From Chiloscyllium plagiosum (Eukaryota): DNA of 64,000 nt. The stretch covers positions 45,271,605 to 45,335,604 of the forward strand of contig NC_057734.1 of NCBI RefSeq assembly GCF_004010195.1, written 5' to 3'. A model generated the notes under the pieces. That model was not told the DNA's origin. It made no database searches and was given only the letters and a program-made list of their open reading frames with translations. Within the stretch, counting starts at the first letter, position 1, and each line of letters starts with the position of its first letter. Both the position numbers and the translations under genes were made by a program. Positions 63,283 through 64,000 of the stretch are shown piece after piece.

Positions 63283-64000
63283 TTTTGTTTGCTCACAGCT
63301 ATCTAATTTAACAACTTCTATTGAATGACATCCATTCTAAGGGTTTGGAGGATAATTGATCCTAAATATTTTATTCATAACAATGTAGGACTCTCCATTG
63401 TTAAAAAAAAAAGTTGCAGAAATAAAGTTGCCTTGATTTGCAGAATAATAAGGCAAGGACCAGACATTTTTTTTAAAGATCAACACATTTCATGTCAATT
63501 GTGATTTGCAATAACATTCATTCCATTTCTGGAGTTTAATTTCCTTCTATCTATGCTGGGACAATAAGCAAAATTGTTTTGACAAGACTTTCAATGATTT
63601 CTAAAAGGATGGGCCTAACATTTTGTCAATAAGTATTCAGACTAATGTTCCAGAGACATGTCTTCAATTCCACTATAGTTGGGAGATAAATCAGTAATGA
63701 AACAGAAAGTTTGAAAAGCAGTATCACAATCGGTGTTGACTTGGGAACTAGATATGGCAAATATAGAATAAATGTGTCACCTGTAAAGTTGACCTCACTA
63801 TCTTGTGGGGACGTGTCACAAACTTAGATAATATGGCCACAGTAGTCCTCAGTATAGGCCTTAAATAGTCACACTCATCAAATCAAATCTTAAATTCAAC
63901 CTCCTAGATACTTCCACCATTATCCCTATTGTGTCCCATCCCACTGCCATAATACAACTGCAGGTGTTCCTTGGTTTTATAAAGCATTTTCCTTCCAACA

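Overview
Eukaryotic genomic DNA from a cartilaginous fish (shark, inferred from the shark-type lambda light-chain C domain and the HE1/HER1-type and Deu-SINE repeats). One intact protein-coding gene is visible: a 3-exon hes5-like bHLH-Orange-WRPW gene (59392-60114, +), with RBPJ/CSL sites upstream. The left half holds two degenerate immunoglobulin light-chain (lambda-type) units on the minus strand, about 24 kb apart. Unit 1 (632-1230) is leader + V fused directly to the 3' half of C. Unit 2 (24218-25188) is a C exon with no detectable V, split by a Penelope-like insertion. The two units share a 168-bp tract with only 3 mismatches that carries the same nonsense codon. Most of the rest is transposon-derived: many CR1 LINEs (one full length), a decayed Gypsy element with nested insertions, a Rex1/Babar LINE, SINEs and probable solo LTRs. 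The most notable hidden structure is a set of Penelope-like-element-derived inverted repeats carrying minimal hammerhead ribozyme motifs. They come from at least three sequence families with covarying helices, often have ~15-bp target-site duplications, and in the short copies the palindrome axis sits at the ribozyme. There are two assembly gaps (41741-42154, 51954-51967). Transposon boundaries were read by eye and are approximate unless a TSD is quoted.
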